Assembly: GCF_006345805.1 (NCBI RefSeq)
Contig: NC_043012.1
Span: 50,902,001 to 50,966,000 of the forward strand
DNA from: Octopus sinensis
Taxonomy: Eukaryota
Length of the DNA: 64,000 bases
Direction: 5' to 3'
A model generated the notes under the pieces. The model saw only the letters and a list, made by a program, of their open reading frames with translations. It made no database searches and was not told where the DNA came from. Of this stretch, positions 1 to 13,688 are shown piece by piece. Within the stretch, counting starts at the first letter, position 1. The number at the start of each line of letters is the position of its first letter. Made by a program: the position numbers and the translations under genes.

Positions 1-339
1 TAGAAGAAGAAGAAGAAGAAGAAAAAAAAATAATAATGATAATAATAATAATAATAATAATATAATAATAAGAAGAAGAAGAAGAAGAAGAAACAAAAAA
101 GAAGAAGACGAAGATGAAGAAGAAGAAGAAGAAGAAGAAAAAGAAAGCGAAGATGAAGGAAAAGAAGAAGGAGGAAGCGGTAGAAGAAGAAGTAGAAGTA
201 GAAGAAGAAGAAGAAGAAGAAGAAGAAAAAGAAAGCGAAGAGGAAGGAAAAGAAGAAGGAGGAAGAGGTAGAAGAAGAAGTAGAAGTAGAAGAAGAAGTA
301 GAAGAAGAAGAAGAAGAAGAGGAAAAAAAAATAATAATG

Positions 340-373
<34 letters not shown>

Positions 374-1280
374 GAAGAAGAAGAAGAAGAAGAAGAGGAA
401 GAAACAAAAAAGAAGAAGAGGAAGTAGAAATAGAAGAAGTAGAAGAAGAAGACGAAGAAGAAGAAGAAGTAGAAGAAGAAGAAGAAGAAGAAGAAGAAAG
501 AAGAAGAAAGCGAAGATGAAGGAAAAGAAGAAGGAGGAAGAGGTAGAATAAGAAGTAGAAGTAGAAGAAGAAGAAGAAGAAGAAGAAGACGAAGAAGAAA
601 AGGAAAGCGAAGAGGAAGGAAAAGAAGAAGGAGGAAGAGGTAGAAGAAGAAGTAGAAGTAGAAGAAGAAGAAGAAGAAGAAAAAGAAGAACAAAATCAAG
701 AATAAGAACAAGAAGGAGAAGAAGAAGAAGAGAGGGAAAGAAAGAAAGAGAGGAAATAAGAAGAAGAAGCGAAGAAAAGAAGGAATAGAAGAAGAAAAAG
801 AAAGCGAAGAGGAAGGAAAAGAAGAAGGAGGAAGAGGTAGAAGAAGAAGTAGAAGTAGAAGAAGAAGAAGAAGAAGAAGAAGACGAAGAAGAAAAGGAAA
901 GCGAAGAGGAAGGAAAAGAAGAAGGAGGAAGAGGTAGAAGAAGAAGTAGAAGTAGAAGAAGAAGAAGAAAAAGAAGAACAAAATCAAGAATAAGAACAAG
1001 AAGGAGAAGAAGAAGAAGAGAGGAGAAGAAGAAGAAGAAGAAGAAGAAGAAAAGAAGAAAAGAAAGCGAAGAGGAAGGAAAAGAAGAAGGAGGAAGAGGT
1101 AGAAGAAAAAGTAGAAGTAGAAGAAGAAGAAGAACAAGAAGAACAAGAACAAGAATAAGAACAAGAAGGAGAAGAAGAAGAAGAGAGGAGAAGAAGGAGA
1201 AGAGGAAGAACAAGAACAAGAATAATAATAAGAAGAAGAAGAAGGAGAAGAAGAAGAACAAGAAGAAGAAGAAGAAGTAG
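1..1280. repeat. Purine-rich (GAA)n-derived compound minisatellite with short (AAT)n inserts
   Basis: The top strand is almost entirely A/G. The module AAAGCGAAGA(G/T)GAAGGAAAAGAAGAAGGAGGAAG recurs about 7 times. Confidence 0.95.
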
Positions 1281-1711
1281 GCCTTCTATGTTTTTAACGT
1301 GAAGCAATTGGCTGCGACACTTTTCTGATTGATGGCTGCTATCAGTTTTAAAAATTGCAAACAGTCCCACCAGGACATTGCACGTGCCTTTTCTCCGCTT
1401 AAAGTAACCACAAGAAAAAAACGTTTCTGATTTTATTCCATTGACTGTGGGGTTTGCAATATTTGAACTGCTCTATGCTTCCGCTGGTACATCTCATCTT
1501 AATGTGCTCGTTGCCTCCATTGCTACTGCTTATCTGTACTGGTACTTTTTATGCACATATTTAGCAGGTACTGATACAATTTATTCATACATTTCAGTTG
1601 CCCTCTCATGTAACCTCCTCATCCTATTTTACACTTCACGGTTTCTGAGTAAAAACTCACAGAAACCCACGCTCGCACTGTCACCCTCAATGTTACCCCT
1701 ATAACACACAA

Positions 1712-1712
<1 letters not shown>

Positions 1713-1772
<60 letters not shown>

Positions 1773-1960
1773 TATTATTATTATTATTATTATTAATATT
1801 ATAGTCATTATTATTATTATTATTATTATCATCATCATCATCATCATCATCATTGTTGATGTTGATTTCGTTGTTGCTGATGTTATACTTAGTAGAAGGC
1901 AGCAGCAGTACCAGCAACAGCAGCAGCAGCAGCATTAGTAGTAGTAGTATCATCAAAACC
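1713..1960. repeat. Compound trinucleotide microsatellite (ATT)n/(ATC)n/(AGC)n
   Basis: Read directly from the sequence. Confidence 0.95.
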
Positions 1961-2477
1961 ACCCGTCTCCTGCTCTTCATCATTCTTACAGCATCTACAT
2001 CTTTTCAAAAAGTGAAAATAAAAAGGAAGAAAATACAGTTTGTTTCAAGCCAGATATTTTTGTTTTATGTAATTATTTTATGTATTTTGTAATACTAATA
2101 GTAAACCATGTATGTATATCTATTATGTGCTTCTTGTATTAGTTATTTCTCTCCGTGTATGTGTGTGCACGCGTGCGTGTTCATATTTCTTTCGTTTTTA
2201 CCCAATAGCATTCACTTAGCTTTCATTAGGTATATCCTTTTTTTTTTCCAACTGATCGATCGCTACCAATCTTGGCTCCTCGACAAGTGGATTTCAGCTG
2301 CACTGCAAGTTATCAGACCTCGCCAGAGACACGCCGGAAGTAGCTCTCCAAATGTCTGCAGTTAAAGTAAACTAGCACTACAGCTCTGAAGGGTACTTTA
2401 ACTTTAGTATCAGCAGAAGGACGAGACACATTTCATCCTGAAACTTGCGTAAGTATAAAACACGGTAGTACATGTGC

Positions 2478-2523
<46 letters not shown>

Positions 2524-3161
2524 TTGTGTGCGTGTACTTATGCATAAATAGATACAAATATATACAGGCTGTTAAAGAGAAAGAAAGTATTGAGAATGAT
2601 TTTACAATGAGAAGAGAAAATATATAACTCTGTAATTTAGAAAAGGCAAAAAGAATTAAGCTTCATTTGGGAAATTTTCTGCAGCTTTATGCTATTTCAT
2701 TATTTCATGCAACAACCACAGACAAAAGAAGAAAAAGTATTTTGCACTGAAATACTTTAAAACAATAAGAAAATATGTACAGACATAAATATGTCGAAGT
2801 ATAGAGTGATTTTGCAGCAATGCGCAATTGCACAAGCTTGTACGTTGGCATATGCAATGACAATAATACAAATGGACAAAGCGGTACATATACACAAGCA
2901 TATGTCTGTGTGGATATGTGTATGGACTTGTATATTTGTGCTGTAACAGGTATCTTTTTCCGACATGATGAGAAATTCTCTCAAAGTCACTTATATTATA
3001 CACTTCCTTAAATATGTATGTCAGTACATATATGCGTGTGTGTATGTGTGTGTGCGCGTGTTTGTGTATAGTTGTCTCTGTGTATTTATATATATGTGTG
3101 TTTGCGTGTTTGTATATATACAGAGTGAGACAGAGAGTGATTATATACATACATATCTATA

Positions 3162-3214
<53 letters not shown>

Positions 3215-3329
3215 AAGGGCGACTACACCTGTTCAACATACTTGATTTGTTGGGGACCAAAATACAGCCTCAACAGATGCCTTCACAACATTACGCACAG
3301 CGTCTACAATTATAACCCATCAGACAGTT

Positions 3330-4522
3330 ATAACGTCGGATAGGATTTGCGAGTCTTTGACATACCCGCATCTATGTGCAAGTCATGTGTAAATTCAACT
3401 GCGAATCCAAGATATCGAACCAATGTTCAATTGGCAATAAGGAGCTAAAATTGAGGAGCTGAAAATCTGTATTCGGCATGTGGCCTTGTGGGTTTTAAGA
3501 ATGGAAAGAACGTGATAAAAAAACAGCAAAGAATATGCTCTATTTATGGTCGAGGTGTCATTACTGACTAGGAAGTGCTAAATTGCTAATGAAAGATTCG
3601 TCCCGAAGATTTGTCATTAAGAGATGACAAATCTTAGCCCAGGACGCTCATCAGACACCGATCGAGATACTTTAAGACAACTAGTGAAATTCAATCCTCG
3701 TAAAAGTACTCGAGAATTAGCAACTGACCTCAACACATCCTAATCTACTACATGCCACCACTTAGAAAAAATAGGAAAAGTCAGTAAGCTGGGCGTTCGT
3801 GTTCTCTATACAATTACAATAGTAGGGAAGATTGACGAGTCTTCTGTGAAATCAGAGGAAGGACCCATTTCTCGGCTGATGAGAATTTTATCTTTTATGA
3901 CAAATTTCGCAGCAAAAGACGCTGGGTTGACAAAAATATATCTCCGCAACCTACCACATGAGCTGAACTTGATGGAAGGAATGTTATGCTGTGTGTATAG
4001 TGGGGTCACCACTGTATTATTCATTTTCAATTTTTAAACAGCACTCAAGCATTAAATGTCGATTTATACTGTCAACAACTGCAACGTGTACATGAAAATC
4101 TTTTAAGAAAATGTCCAGAACTCTTCAATATGAAAAACGTTGTGATTACTCATAATGACGCAAGACCTCATTCAGTAAGAAGCTTGCAGGATAAAGTATT
4201 GTATTCGGCTTGTCTGTTCAACTCCATTGACCATATTAACCAGGCCTTGCACCAAATGATTTTCATTTTTTCACAATCTACAAAATAGTCTAATGGAGAA
4301 AAGCCTTTCTGAAGAAAATCAAGAGAAAGCATATGCTGAAAGATTCTTCACCTCGAAGCTACCTGAATTTTACGCAGGCCGAATCGGAAAGATACTTGAT
4401 AAATGGCAAGAGGTCATTCAAAATAATGGCAGATATACTGATAATTGAAGATAATTCTTCGTAGAAACTTTTTGTGGGCGAATATGTTTAAAAAATCGGA
4501 AATTGTATATAACTCAACCAAA
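3330..4522 (+). mobile_element. Degenerate mariner (D,D34D-type) DNA transposon with a pseudogenised transposase at about 3455-4448
   Basis: Interrupted frames give IRHV..., NPRKSTRELATDLN, LEKIGKVSKLGV, ISADENFIFYD, HNDARPH, DLAPNDFHFF-like and KWQEVIQNNGRY. A mariner-like 3' TIR is at about 4490-4522. The 5' boundary is approximate. Confidence 0.85.
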
Positions 4523-4812
4523 TATATATGTAGGTACAGTGACAGTGAAAGAAAATATATTCGTTTTGTAGGCACTTCTAGACACGGATAGAAAATATAA
4601 CGTCTTGTATAGTCATTGGGAAATGCCCTAATCCACTAAACACCAATTAATGAATGTCTAAAGACACACTGGTGATAGTTTATCACACATTGTCGTATAT
4701 GATTTTTTTCTAAACTGATTTCATTCGATAATCACGTTACAAGGAGAGTAACATTTGATATGTTGTCTTTATCATAACCAATAAATTTATTATTATTATT
4801 ATTATTATTATT

Positions 4813-5031
4813 CAGTAGTTTTATTTCTATAGCGTGCTCTCACTTCACTACCGAGCGCAGCTCTGTGTGCCTTGGGTATGTGCTGTGATTTGTTGTGATG
4901 CTCTGATGGTTATTGTATGGAAAGTGTTCTGCGTAGGATGTGTGCAGTGCCTAGTAGTGCAATTTTCTGTATGTTATATGTGTTTGTAAGTCCTGGTGTT
5001 TTTGTGTTATATGTGTTTGTAAGTCCTGGTG

Positions 5032-5036
<5 letters not shown>
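4813..5036 (-). mobile_element. 5'-truncated 3' end of an R4/Dong-like (RLE-type) non-LTR retrotransposon inside (TAA)n
   Basis: The minus strand reads KTPGLTNTYNIQKIALLGTAHILRRTLSIQ*, the typical Q-K-x-x-LLGTA-x-ILR C-terminus, followed by a 3' UTR. TAA repeats flank both sides. Confidence 0.8.
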
Positions 5037-5125
<89 letters not shown>

Positions 5126-5367
5126 TTATTATCTGCTTTGTATCGACGTACATGACAGAAGCCCAGTGCACGAATACGCTAGGTCAAGTGTTGTAGTGTA
5201 AATATGCGTTTTAATATATGTGTGCGTATGATTTTTGACACACACAAATATACACACACGTATAGATATATATGCATATGTATATATACATATATATATA
5301 TAATTATTTATGTATATGTATATGTATGTATATATTATACATATGTACATGTATGTATATATATAAT

Positions 5368-5398
<31 letters not shown>

Positions 5399-6502
5399 TA
5401 TATACATGCACACCTATGTATTTGTGTGTGTGGGCACATATATATATATAGATATATAGGTCACACCAGGCATGCAATCAATAAGAGTGTTTGTCTATGT
5501 GTCATATTTTATTAATCTATACATATTTAACTATGACAATCTAGGGAAAGGGATGGGACACCTATCACGACAGGAGGCTATGTATGCATAAATATTACAC
5601 ACGGAAATAACATTTAATAAAATATGCAACAAGGGTATTATGCATACTGCTGCTTATTCGGCCTTATGTATAGAATTCTGTTTAAAATATATTAAAGTAT
5701 AAATATTGAATCCTTTTTATATTCATTTTATCTACAATAATAATTTAAGATAGAGTGATATACAAAATAAAAAGTCGAATTATATGACCAAACAATTTAT
5801 ATGGCGGCCATGGCAAGGTGGTGTGTGTGTTGGGGTACTGTACGTTGCTTAGTAACATACAATTTGAAAATATTTTTTCTTTCTGTTGGACAGTTTATGC
5901 ATGATTGAATGCTGGTAGAAGAAATCAGCTCTTGGCAACATGCCACACCTCAGGGTGTGCAAATACAAACACATGCATTCATGCATTAAAATAACAACAG
6001 AAAAAAATGAAATGTTAAGTAAATTGGCACGCAAAATATTCATATATACATATTTATAAATGTATACGCATAATGTGTAAATAAGTTTAGTGCAAGTTTA
6101 TGTATTTTCACAGTGACACAGGAGTACACTCATAATTTAATATATATATACAAATCATACTTACACACACACATGTATATATATATTTATATATAAATGT
6201 ATATATATACATATATACATACATCCATATGTATATATATGTATGTATGTATACACGTGTGTGTGAGTGTATATATGTATAAATATATATATGAATAATT
6301 AAATATATATACGTGTGTGTGCGTGTGTGTGTATGTCTGTATGTCTGTGTGTGTAGTATGAGATGATGTGTGTGAGAGGAAGAGGAATAAAACAGATAGA
6401 ATGACATGTTAATATAGCTATATTCATCGGACAGTTTCTTTAACCGCACAGGCGCACACACACACACACACGCGCACATACACACACTTACGTACACACA
6501 TG

Positions 6503-6549
<47 letters not shown>

Positions 6550-6856
6550 TATATATAGATATATATATATATAATATATATATATATATATACATAACTA
6601 TTTGTCTATCTGTCTATGTATTTATGTATATGTGGGTGTGAGCGTATGTATATATGTACGTAGTATATATGCGTCCATAGAAATATACTTTATAAGTATA
6701 AAAAATTTGTGTGCTGGTGAATGTGTGTGCGCGTGTGGTTGTATATGTGTGTGTATTTGTGTGTGTGTGTTTGTGTATAGAAATATGTCTCCGCCTTCAT
6801 GGGCCTTCTGCTTGCATGCTTATTTATGTTCCGCAATATTTTGTATATTCATTGTA

Positions 6857-6975
6857 AAGGCAGAATTGTTAGCACGCCGGTCACGTTGCTTAGCGGCATT
6901 TCGTCCGTCTTTACTTTGTTAGTTTAAATTCTGCCGAGGTAGACTTTGCTCTTCACTCTTCCGGGTCGATAACAT
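6857..6975 (+). mobile_element. tRNA-derived SINE fragment (family 1)
   Basis: GGCAGAATTGTTAGCACGCCGG...GAGGTAGACTTTGC...GGGTCGATAA matches the copies at 17.1, 24.1, 41-42 and 47.7 kb. Confidence 0.8.
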
Positions 6976-7133
6976 TAGTAAGATTTGACTAAACTAATAT
7001 CTTGTAATCTTAATTTGTTATAAACTATTTTAATGTTAAGAAACACCTTACATGTTTCCTTAGAATATATATATAATTTTTCTATAGAATTACCGTAAAC
7101 TTAATATTAATTTAATAGTCTAATCCAAGACTA

Positions 7134-7354
7134 TACGAGGGGGTGCTGAAAAGTTCCTGGTTTTGGGGAAAAGAAAATTCATAAGGATCAGTTACATATG
7201 ATTGTATTCAACATGTTTCCCTCTCAGATTCACATATTTATTGCAAAATGCCTTCAGTATTTCAAATCACTGTAAAAGAAATCGGAAGTTTGTGTCTCTA
7301 TCAAGGTCATTCGTAATTCCCTTAAAACAAAGAACTTTTTAGCATCCTCACGTA
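7134..7354 (+). mobile_element. Mariner-type MITE, copy 1
   Basis: The ends TACGAGGGGGTGCTGAAAAGTTC and GAACTTTTTAGCATCCTCACGTA are imperfect inverted repeats in a TA context, with no ORF. Confidence 0.75.
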
Positions 7355-7793
7355 GATATATATACTAAGATTTTAGTAATTCCACCTCGTACATAACATC
7401 CATATCGTGAAATGTGTGATCTTAAGATTCATGGCGTCTTGAATAGTGATGTACACGTCGTCTACAAAAAAGGCATTTCATTTCATAATATGTTACATCA
7501 GGTTCAGTGGAGAAAACCTCAATTCAGATGACGGAATGATGTGCCTTGTACAAGAAAGACCTTGCTCCAGTCTTAGTAAAATCTTGTTCTATAGCCCTGA
7601 TTTTAAATTTGTATAGGCCACGTGCTCAGAGTCAGTCGCTTACTTGGAGACACTAAAGAACATGTCTAATGTATAAAACAATGAGCATCTAATAACTATA
7701 CGTTAAACAAATTAAACAAATTATACCTGTCATCGGATGGAGTAATTTTGAAGTTAATCTTACTTTAGCGGAAAAGTAAACAATATGTATTTA

Positions 7794-7843
<50 letters not shown>

Positions 7844-7847
<4 letters not shown>

Positions 7848-8059
7848 AAGGCTGCTGAAAAGATCCTGCATTTAAGGATATCGCGAAAGGCTTGGATGGT
7901 GACGCAAATCCCGAACTCTTTTTCAAGGCATAGAATGAAGGACCGTCGCAATAAGTGTGTGAACCTGAGAGGAAAATAAGTTCAATGAATCACAATTAAC
8001 TGATCCTCCTGTATTTTCTTTTTAGCCCAAAGCGAGAGACTTTCACACACCCACTCGCA
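7844..8059 (-). mobile_element. Mariner-type MITE, copy 2 (inverted relative to copy 1)
   Basis: It is reverse-complement similar to 7134-7354 along its length and sits within (TA)n. Confidence 0.7.
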
Positions 8060-8071
8060 TATATATATAAT

Positions 8072-8113
<42 letters not shown>

Positions 8114-8247
8114 CAAATAAGAAAATGGAGAAACAATTTAGCTGGTTTAAAACACTTGTATATTAATAATTTGGGTATTATACCACAGTATATTGGATAA
8201 GTATTGTTGTCCCTTAGTGGATTGGATCCACAACTTCTAACTTACTT

Positions 8248-8335
<88 letters not shown>

Positions 8336-10112
8336 GTTTGTGTATGTATGTATATATATATATATATACACATACATACATATACATATATATATGTATA
8401 TATATATATATGTATATTATATATATATTATATATATATACATACATACATACATAACATACATACATACACAAACATTCACACACAGATACACACTCAC
8501 AGAATGAGGCTGTATGTGTAAGAGAGTGCAATAATCTTTTTAATAACGCTTGTAGCATATATATGTTTACTACTATTAAGGTGTTTGCAATTAATACTTG
8601 CGTCATTGATAGGCCATCCGTGAATAGATTACCTACTTCGCACGAAAGTAAAAGAAATCGTTTGTGAGGTGAATGTTACATTAATATCCCGGAATATTAA
8701 AACCATAATAATGCGGCAAAGGAAAACCTGCAACTACAAGTTTATGATATGCAGAGAATGTTGCAACCTTTAGTTACATTCTTAGTTTCAATATCCATGT
8801 TTTGAGTAAATTTCGTTGTGTCATTTGCATCTTCGAAATAGAAGGAGAATTAGTAATCAAACATTGAATGGTGTTATTCGTGGAATATTGTGTTGAAGGT
8901 TACTCAACTCACAACACTCTGCAGTTGTTGTATTCACTGGACATTCAGTGAATTCGTATGCTTTCAAGTGTATCTCCGTATTTACATTCATTATAACGCT
9001 ATCTAGAAGGGAGATAATGCACTATTCTATCAACAGTGAGTGTGGCGTACAACTGCTTGATATTTACGCAGAACGATTCAATCGTATTCAGATTTCATAA
9101 ACATTTCTATCTGTTCCTGTTATCCAATATGATAAACAGCTAGATTAAAATTGTGAAGGCAAACTTTTTTATTTTCCCCCTTCTAATTACATCAAAGAAA
9201 GTAGGAGAAATTCTGTCCCTTATTCAAAATGCTGCCGAATACTACGTCTTACTGAAAACTCCCTAAAAACGAACTGAATGGAAAGATTATTCAAACTACT
9301 TCTTGGTCATCCCTTTTGTGAGTACTGTCGTCGAATATTTAAAGAGAGATTTCCACTTTTCTAGAGCACAAAAGTAACTCCGTATTATAGAGATAAATAC
9401 CTGGACACTGTTAATGGTCATTAAGAAGGTTCTCTCTTCAAAAGTACATTTTCTGACAGCCACACGACTCGAGAATCACTTTCGAAACTCCTCTAGCTTA
9501 TTCGAATTAACTGATCTTTGTAAGTTGAATTGCAATTTTTGAAAATTAAACAAACAATAACAAAATAGTTCTCTCTCTGAATCTATCTCTCATTTCATAT
9601 CCATACGAAGTAACATTGTTGAACTGTTATTTTAACGAGTTGTATTTATTTATCAACCAGCGAGATACATCTGCACCACCGGATGCTCCTGAACCAGTTG
9701 TTGAAAGTCCCACCCAAGAGGAATCGATGCTAGATGTGTCGAAACAATTGTAGTGATTAATAATAAATTCTTGTATATTCCATCTTCCGTTTTTCATACA
9801 GTTTATAACATGTCGCATTCAAAAGAATTAATTTAGCCTTAAATTTGATGGTAAAATTGATGCTGTCGGGGGCGGGGGAGTGAAGGGCTGATCAGCTGAA
9901 TGGTCAGAGCACTGAGGTGGCACGGGGTCGAGTTCCTTCTTTTATGGCTAAATACGCAATTTTTTTCTGTACTTACTGCTTAACTGCATTCGAAATTTAC
10001 TTTTTGTATGAAATTATATACATACACACACACAAACACATATATATATATATATATTATATATATATATATATATGTATATATTATATATATATATATT
10101 ATATATATATAT

Positions 10113-10147
<35 letters not shown>

Positions 10148-10152
10148 CTTAC

Positions 10153-10183
<31 letters not shown>

Positions 10184-11126
10184 TATATTACTCACATACA
10201 TGTGTATGTTTGCATATACTATATAGGCACATCCCTTTGAATCTATGCAATGATGGATGTAAGTAGTTATGGCTAACTATCCTTCATATTGTAAATGCTT
10301 TGATAATCTCCAAAGTTGCAACCTAGATGCATATGCTTTCGGTAGAAAGTGTACAATAACTTATGTGTGTTCCGATGAATGAATTCTTTACACATCCATA
10401 GAACACACACACATACGTTCAAGCACACACACACGCGCGCACGCAATTGCATTATTATATGCGCGGCTATATATACTTATACACGCATTGCGTACATGGC
10501 GATAGAATTTATTAATTTCATATTCCTGAAATTTCTTTTTCAAAATTACGTACTATGTAAGCGAAATATACATGAAATCACGTAGTTAGCTAAATGAAAA
10601 GTCTTGATATCTTGTAGTCTATAAGAAGATCGACAAGGAGAATAAAATTAAGAATAAAAAATAAAAAGGAGAAATCTGAAAATAGTGAAAAGAAATATAA
10701 GTTTTCTCTCTACTACTGATAAAGGCTGGTTCTTGCATGCAACATCTTGTGCTTTGCCCTCCTAGGTGGTTCACAGATTTATGTGATGTTAAGAAAATAC
10801 TGTCTGGTAACGCTGTATCTCAGCATGGAATTTGCTGATCAAAGAATGGAAACAACGGAGTAACACAAAGGACTGCGTAGATTACCTCTCGCCAAGCATG
10901 TTATTTATTAGCAAAGCATCGTACAATCTGCGTGACTTAATTATTCGGTTAGAATATTCACTTGTTCGTGCACAGCAGACCAACGAAAATGCAGTGGACT
11001 GAGGGAAGGAATCAAGACACGATGAGAGATGCGGTGATACACATAAAAACACATTCACACTCGCACAGACACGCACACAGGAGTATACACACGCACACCC
11101 ATATATATAATAATATTAATATATAT

Positions 11127-11159
<33 letters not shown>

Positions 11160-11164
11160 GATAT

Positions 11165-11213
<49 letters not shown>

Positions 11214-11456
11214 GTATATATCACATATATATTTTATATATATATATATATCTATATATATATACATGTATATGATGTACGTTTTTAGTACAACAATTAT
11301 ATTTGTATATGTGTAATACATATATATACATACATATATATATACATACACATATATATAAATATATGAATATCATATGTATGTATATATAATATATATA
11401 TATCCCATATACATATATGAATATCATATGTATTTCCATATATATAATATATATAT

Positions 11457-11531
<75 letters not shown>

Positions 11532-12239
11532 CAAAACACCCATGCGCACACGTTCATTTTAAGCTATAAAAAAGGAAACATGATTAGTTAGGTGATTTAA
11601 TGTAAGAAAACCGCAGTACTTTAATCCTGTTACTCAATTGTAATACTTCAGTTAATATTCACTTTACAATGAGAAACTGATATTTCCATCGACACCAATT
11701 GTATGCATTTAACAATGGAAAGAAGCTGTTAACATAAAGAAAAATAGGGTTTTTTTCTCTCGAAATAAATTTATGCTTATGCATTCGATGAGAGTGTTAT
11801 GTATCATATGTTTTTGAAAATATAATTATATTCTAATGTCTGTATTTGGTAGAAATAGAAAATTATCTTATCTATAGATTATTGTACTCGACTGACCTGT
11901 TCTGTTTCATCATTGAAATTAACATTTTAAACATACCTTTTATCCGGGAATATATTCAATATATAAAGTGTTTTTCTCCTTCTCATGCGTTCCAGTAGTT
12001 TAGTATATTGCAGTGTTGCTATATATAATCACACACACACGCACACATAGCACAGACATGCACAGACATGCACATGTGTATAAATTTGCGTGTGTGTGCA
12101 TATATATATTCACACACACACACACACATACATATACGTGTATATATTTTTGTATATGAACAAATACATATATGTAAATATATATGCATGTATGTATGTA
12201 TGTATGTATGTGTGTGGCTAGGTGTGTCTAATATCTAAC

Positions 12240-12870
12240 TTACGCAGCCAGTCTTTGGGGTGCCATCCTAGACTCTTTTTTAGTCATCAGTCGCCACTGG
12301 CTTCTGTTCTCTTCCTACCTGTCCAATTCATAATATTGTCAAACCAGGATTTTCTCTTTATTCCTCTCTTTGCTTCTCCCTGATCTGTGCCCTGAATATG
12401 AAGAGAGGTTTTGGACATTGAGTCATGGCGATATATTTGAACTTTTAAAGTTTGTTTTGTTACTTTACATGGGTAACGAATGGATCCTGTAAGACTGCTG
12501 AATTGTTGACATGCTGCCTTACAAAGCTGATCGTTTTATGCTACGTGTACTGGATGTATGTTAGCTATCTGAAGCACTTGTGCTCAGGTGCCTGTGTTCT
12601 CCACTCCATGTCAGTTGCAAGTGTCCAGCTTTAGCACCCATACGGAAAAATCGAATTTGGAAATGACTTGTAAATTCTGAGTCGTGTTGAAAACTATTGA
12701 GGAAATCTTCAGGACAACAATGGTTGTTCGACAAGAATGTATCTTCTTTCTTGTGCATTTCAGCAACTTCTTGGTGAACATCGTGCAGAAGAAAATTCTA
12801 GCCTTCCACCCATTTGTTTCCATTGAAGAATGGCTCATTTTTAATCTGTTCTCTGAATATGACACTGACC
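12240..12870 (-). mobile_element. RTE-clade LINE 3' fragment, degenerate
   Basis: Minus-strand frames give PYGC*SWTLATDMEWRTQAPEHKCFR, RHDSMSKT and RKSWFDNIMNWTG. These match the RTE C-terminal motifs LYGCESWT..ERRIQAFE and RHDSL.KTILQG...KSW.DNI.EWTG. Confidence 0.8.
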
Positions 12871-13104
12871 TGTTGGAGAGTAGAGAAGGAAAATGTAACC
12901 GTAGCTTACGGAGTGAAGATCAACCCCGAAATGAGAAATATCTTCGATGCTAGTAATTATCGAAACATAACTAAACGGAGAGAAACTTTATGAAGTGGAC
13001 ACATTCAAGTACCTAGGATCCACTTCGACAAAGGACAATATATGTGAAAAAGAGATAATAACAAGACTAATTTTAGCCTCTGGTGCCATATGTATATATG
13101 TATA

Positions 13105-13226
<122 letters not shown>

Positions 13227-13241
13227 GTATGTGTATATATT

Positions 13242-13280
<39 letters not shown>

Positions 13281-13468
13281 ATATATATATTAAAGTAAAA
13301 CGTGTACAAACACCAAATACTAGATTCTAACTTCCCATGTGACCATAAGTGCCCTTCAATCTTCAGCAGAACTATGAATTTATCCCACTCCTCTCCGCCT
13401 AATATAGTATCAATTGCTGTCACATCCAATAAGCTTAATTCGTACTACCTAAATATATATATATATAT

Positions 13469-13657
13469 AATCATAACGTAGATCAATACAGCGCAAACAC
13501 TAACACCGAACTTGATAGCGCATACCACAACCGTAATCCTAGCACTGTAACCAGCATACACCAGGACACCAACATCCCCGCTTTCCAAGAAGGTCGGAGT
13601 ACGGCTGCTGCTGCTGCTGCTGCGCTGCTGCTGCTGCTGCTGCTACTACTACTACTA

Positions 13658-13688
<31 letters not shown>

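Noticed and set aside
1280-1705. Possible pogo/Tigger-like transposase remnant on the minus strand
   Set aside because: The resemblance is vague, with many stops and no diagnostic motif or TIR.
5800-5820. YY1-like ATGGCGGC promoter motif
   Set aside because: It is an isolated short match without CpG-rich or other promoter context.
12684-12953. Host exon or ORF with a good acceptor at about 12762
   Set aside because: It lies antisense within the RTE LINE remnant.
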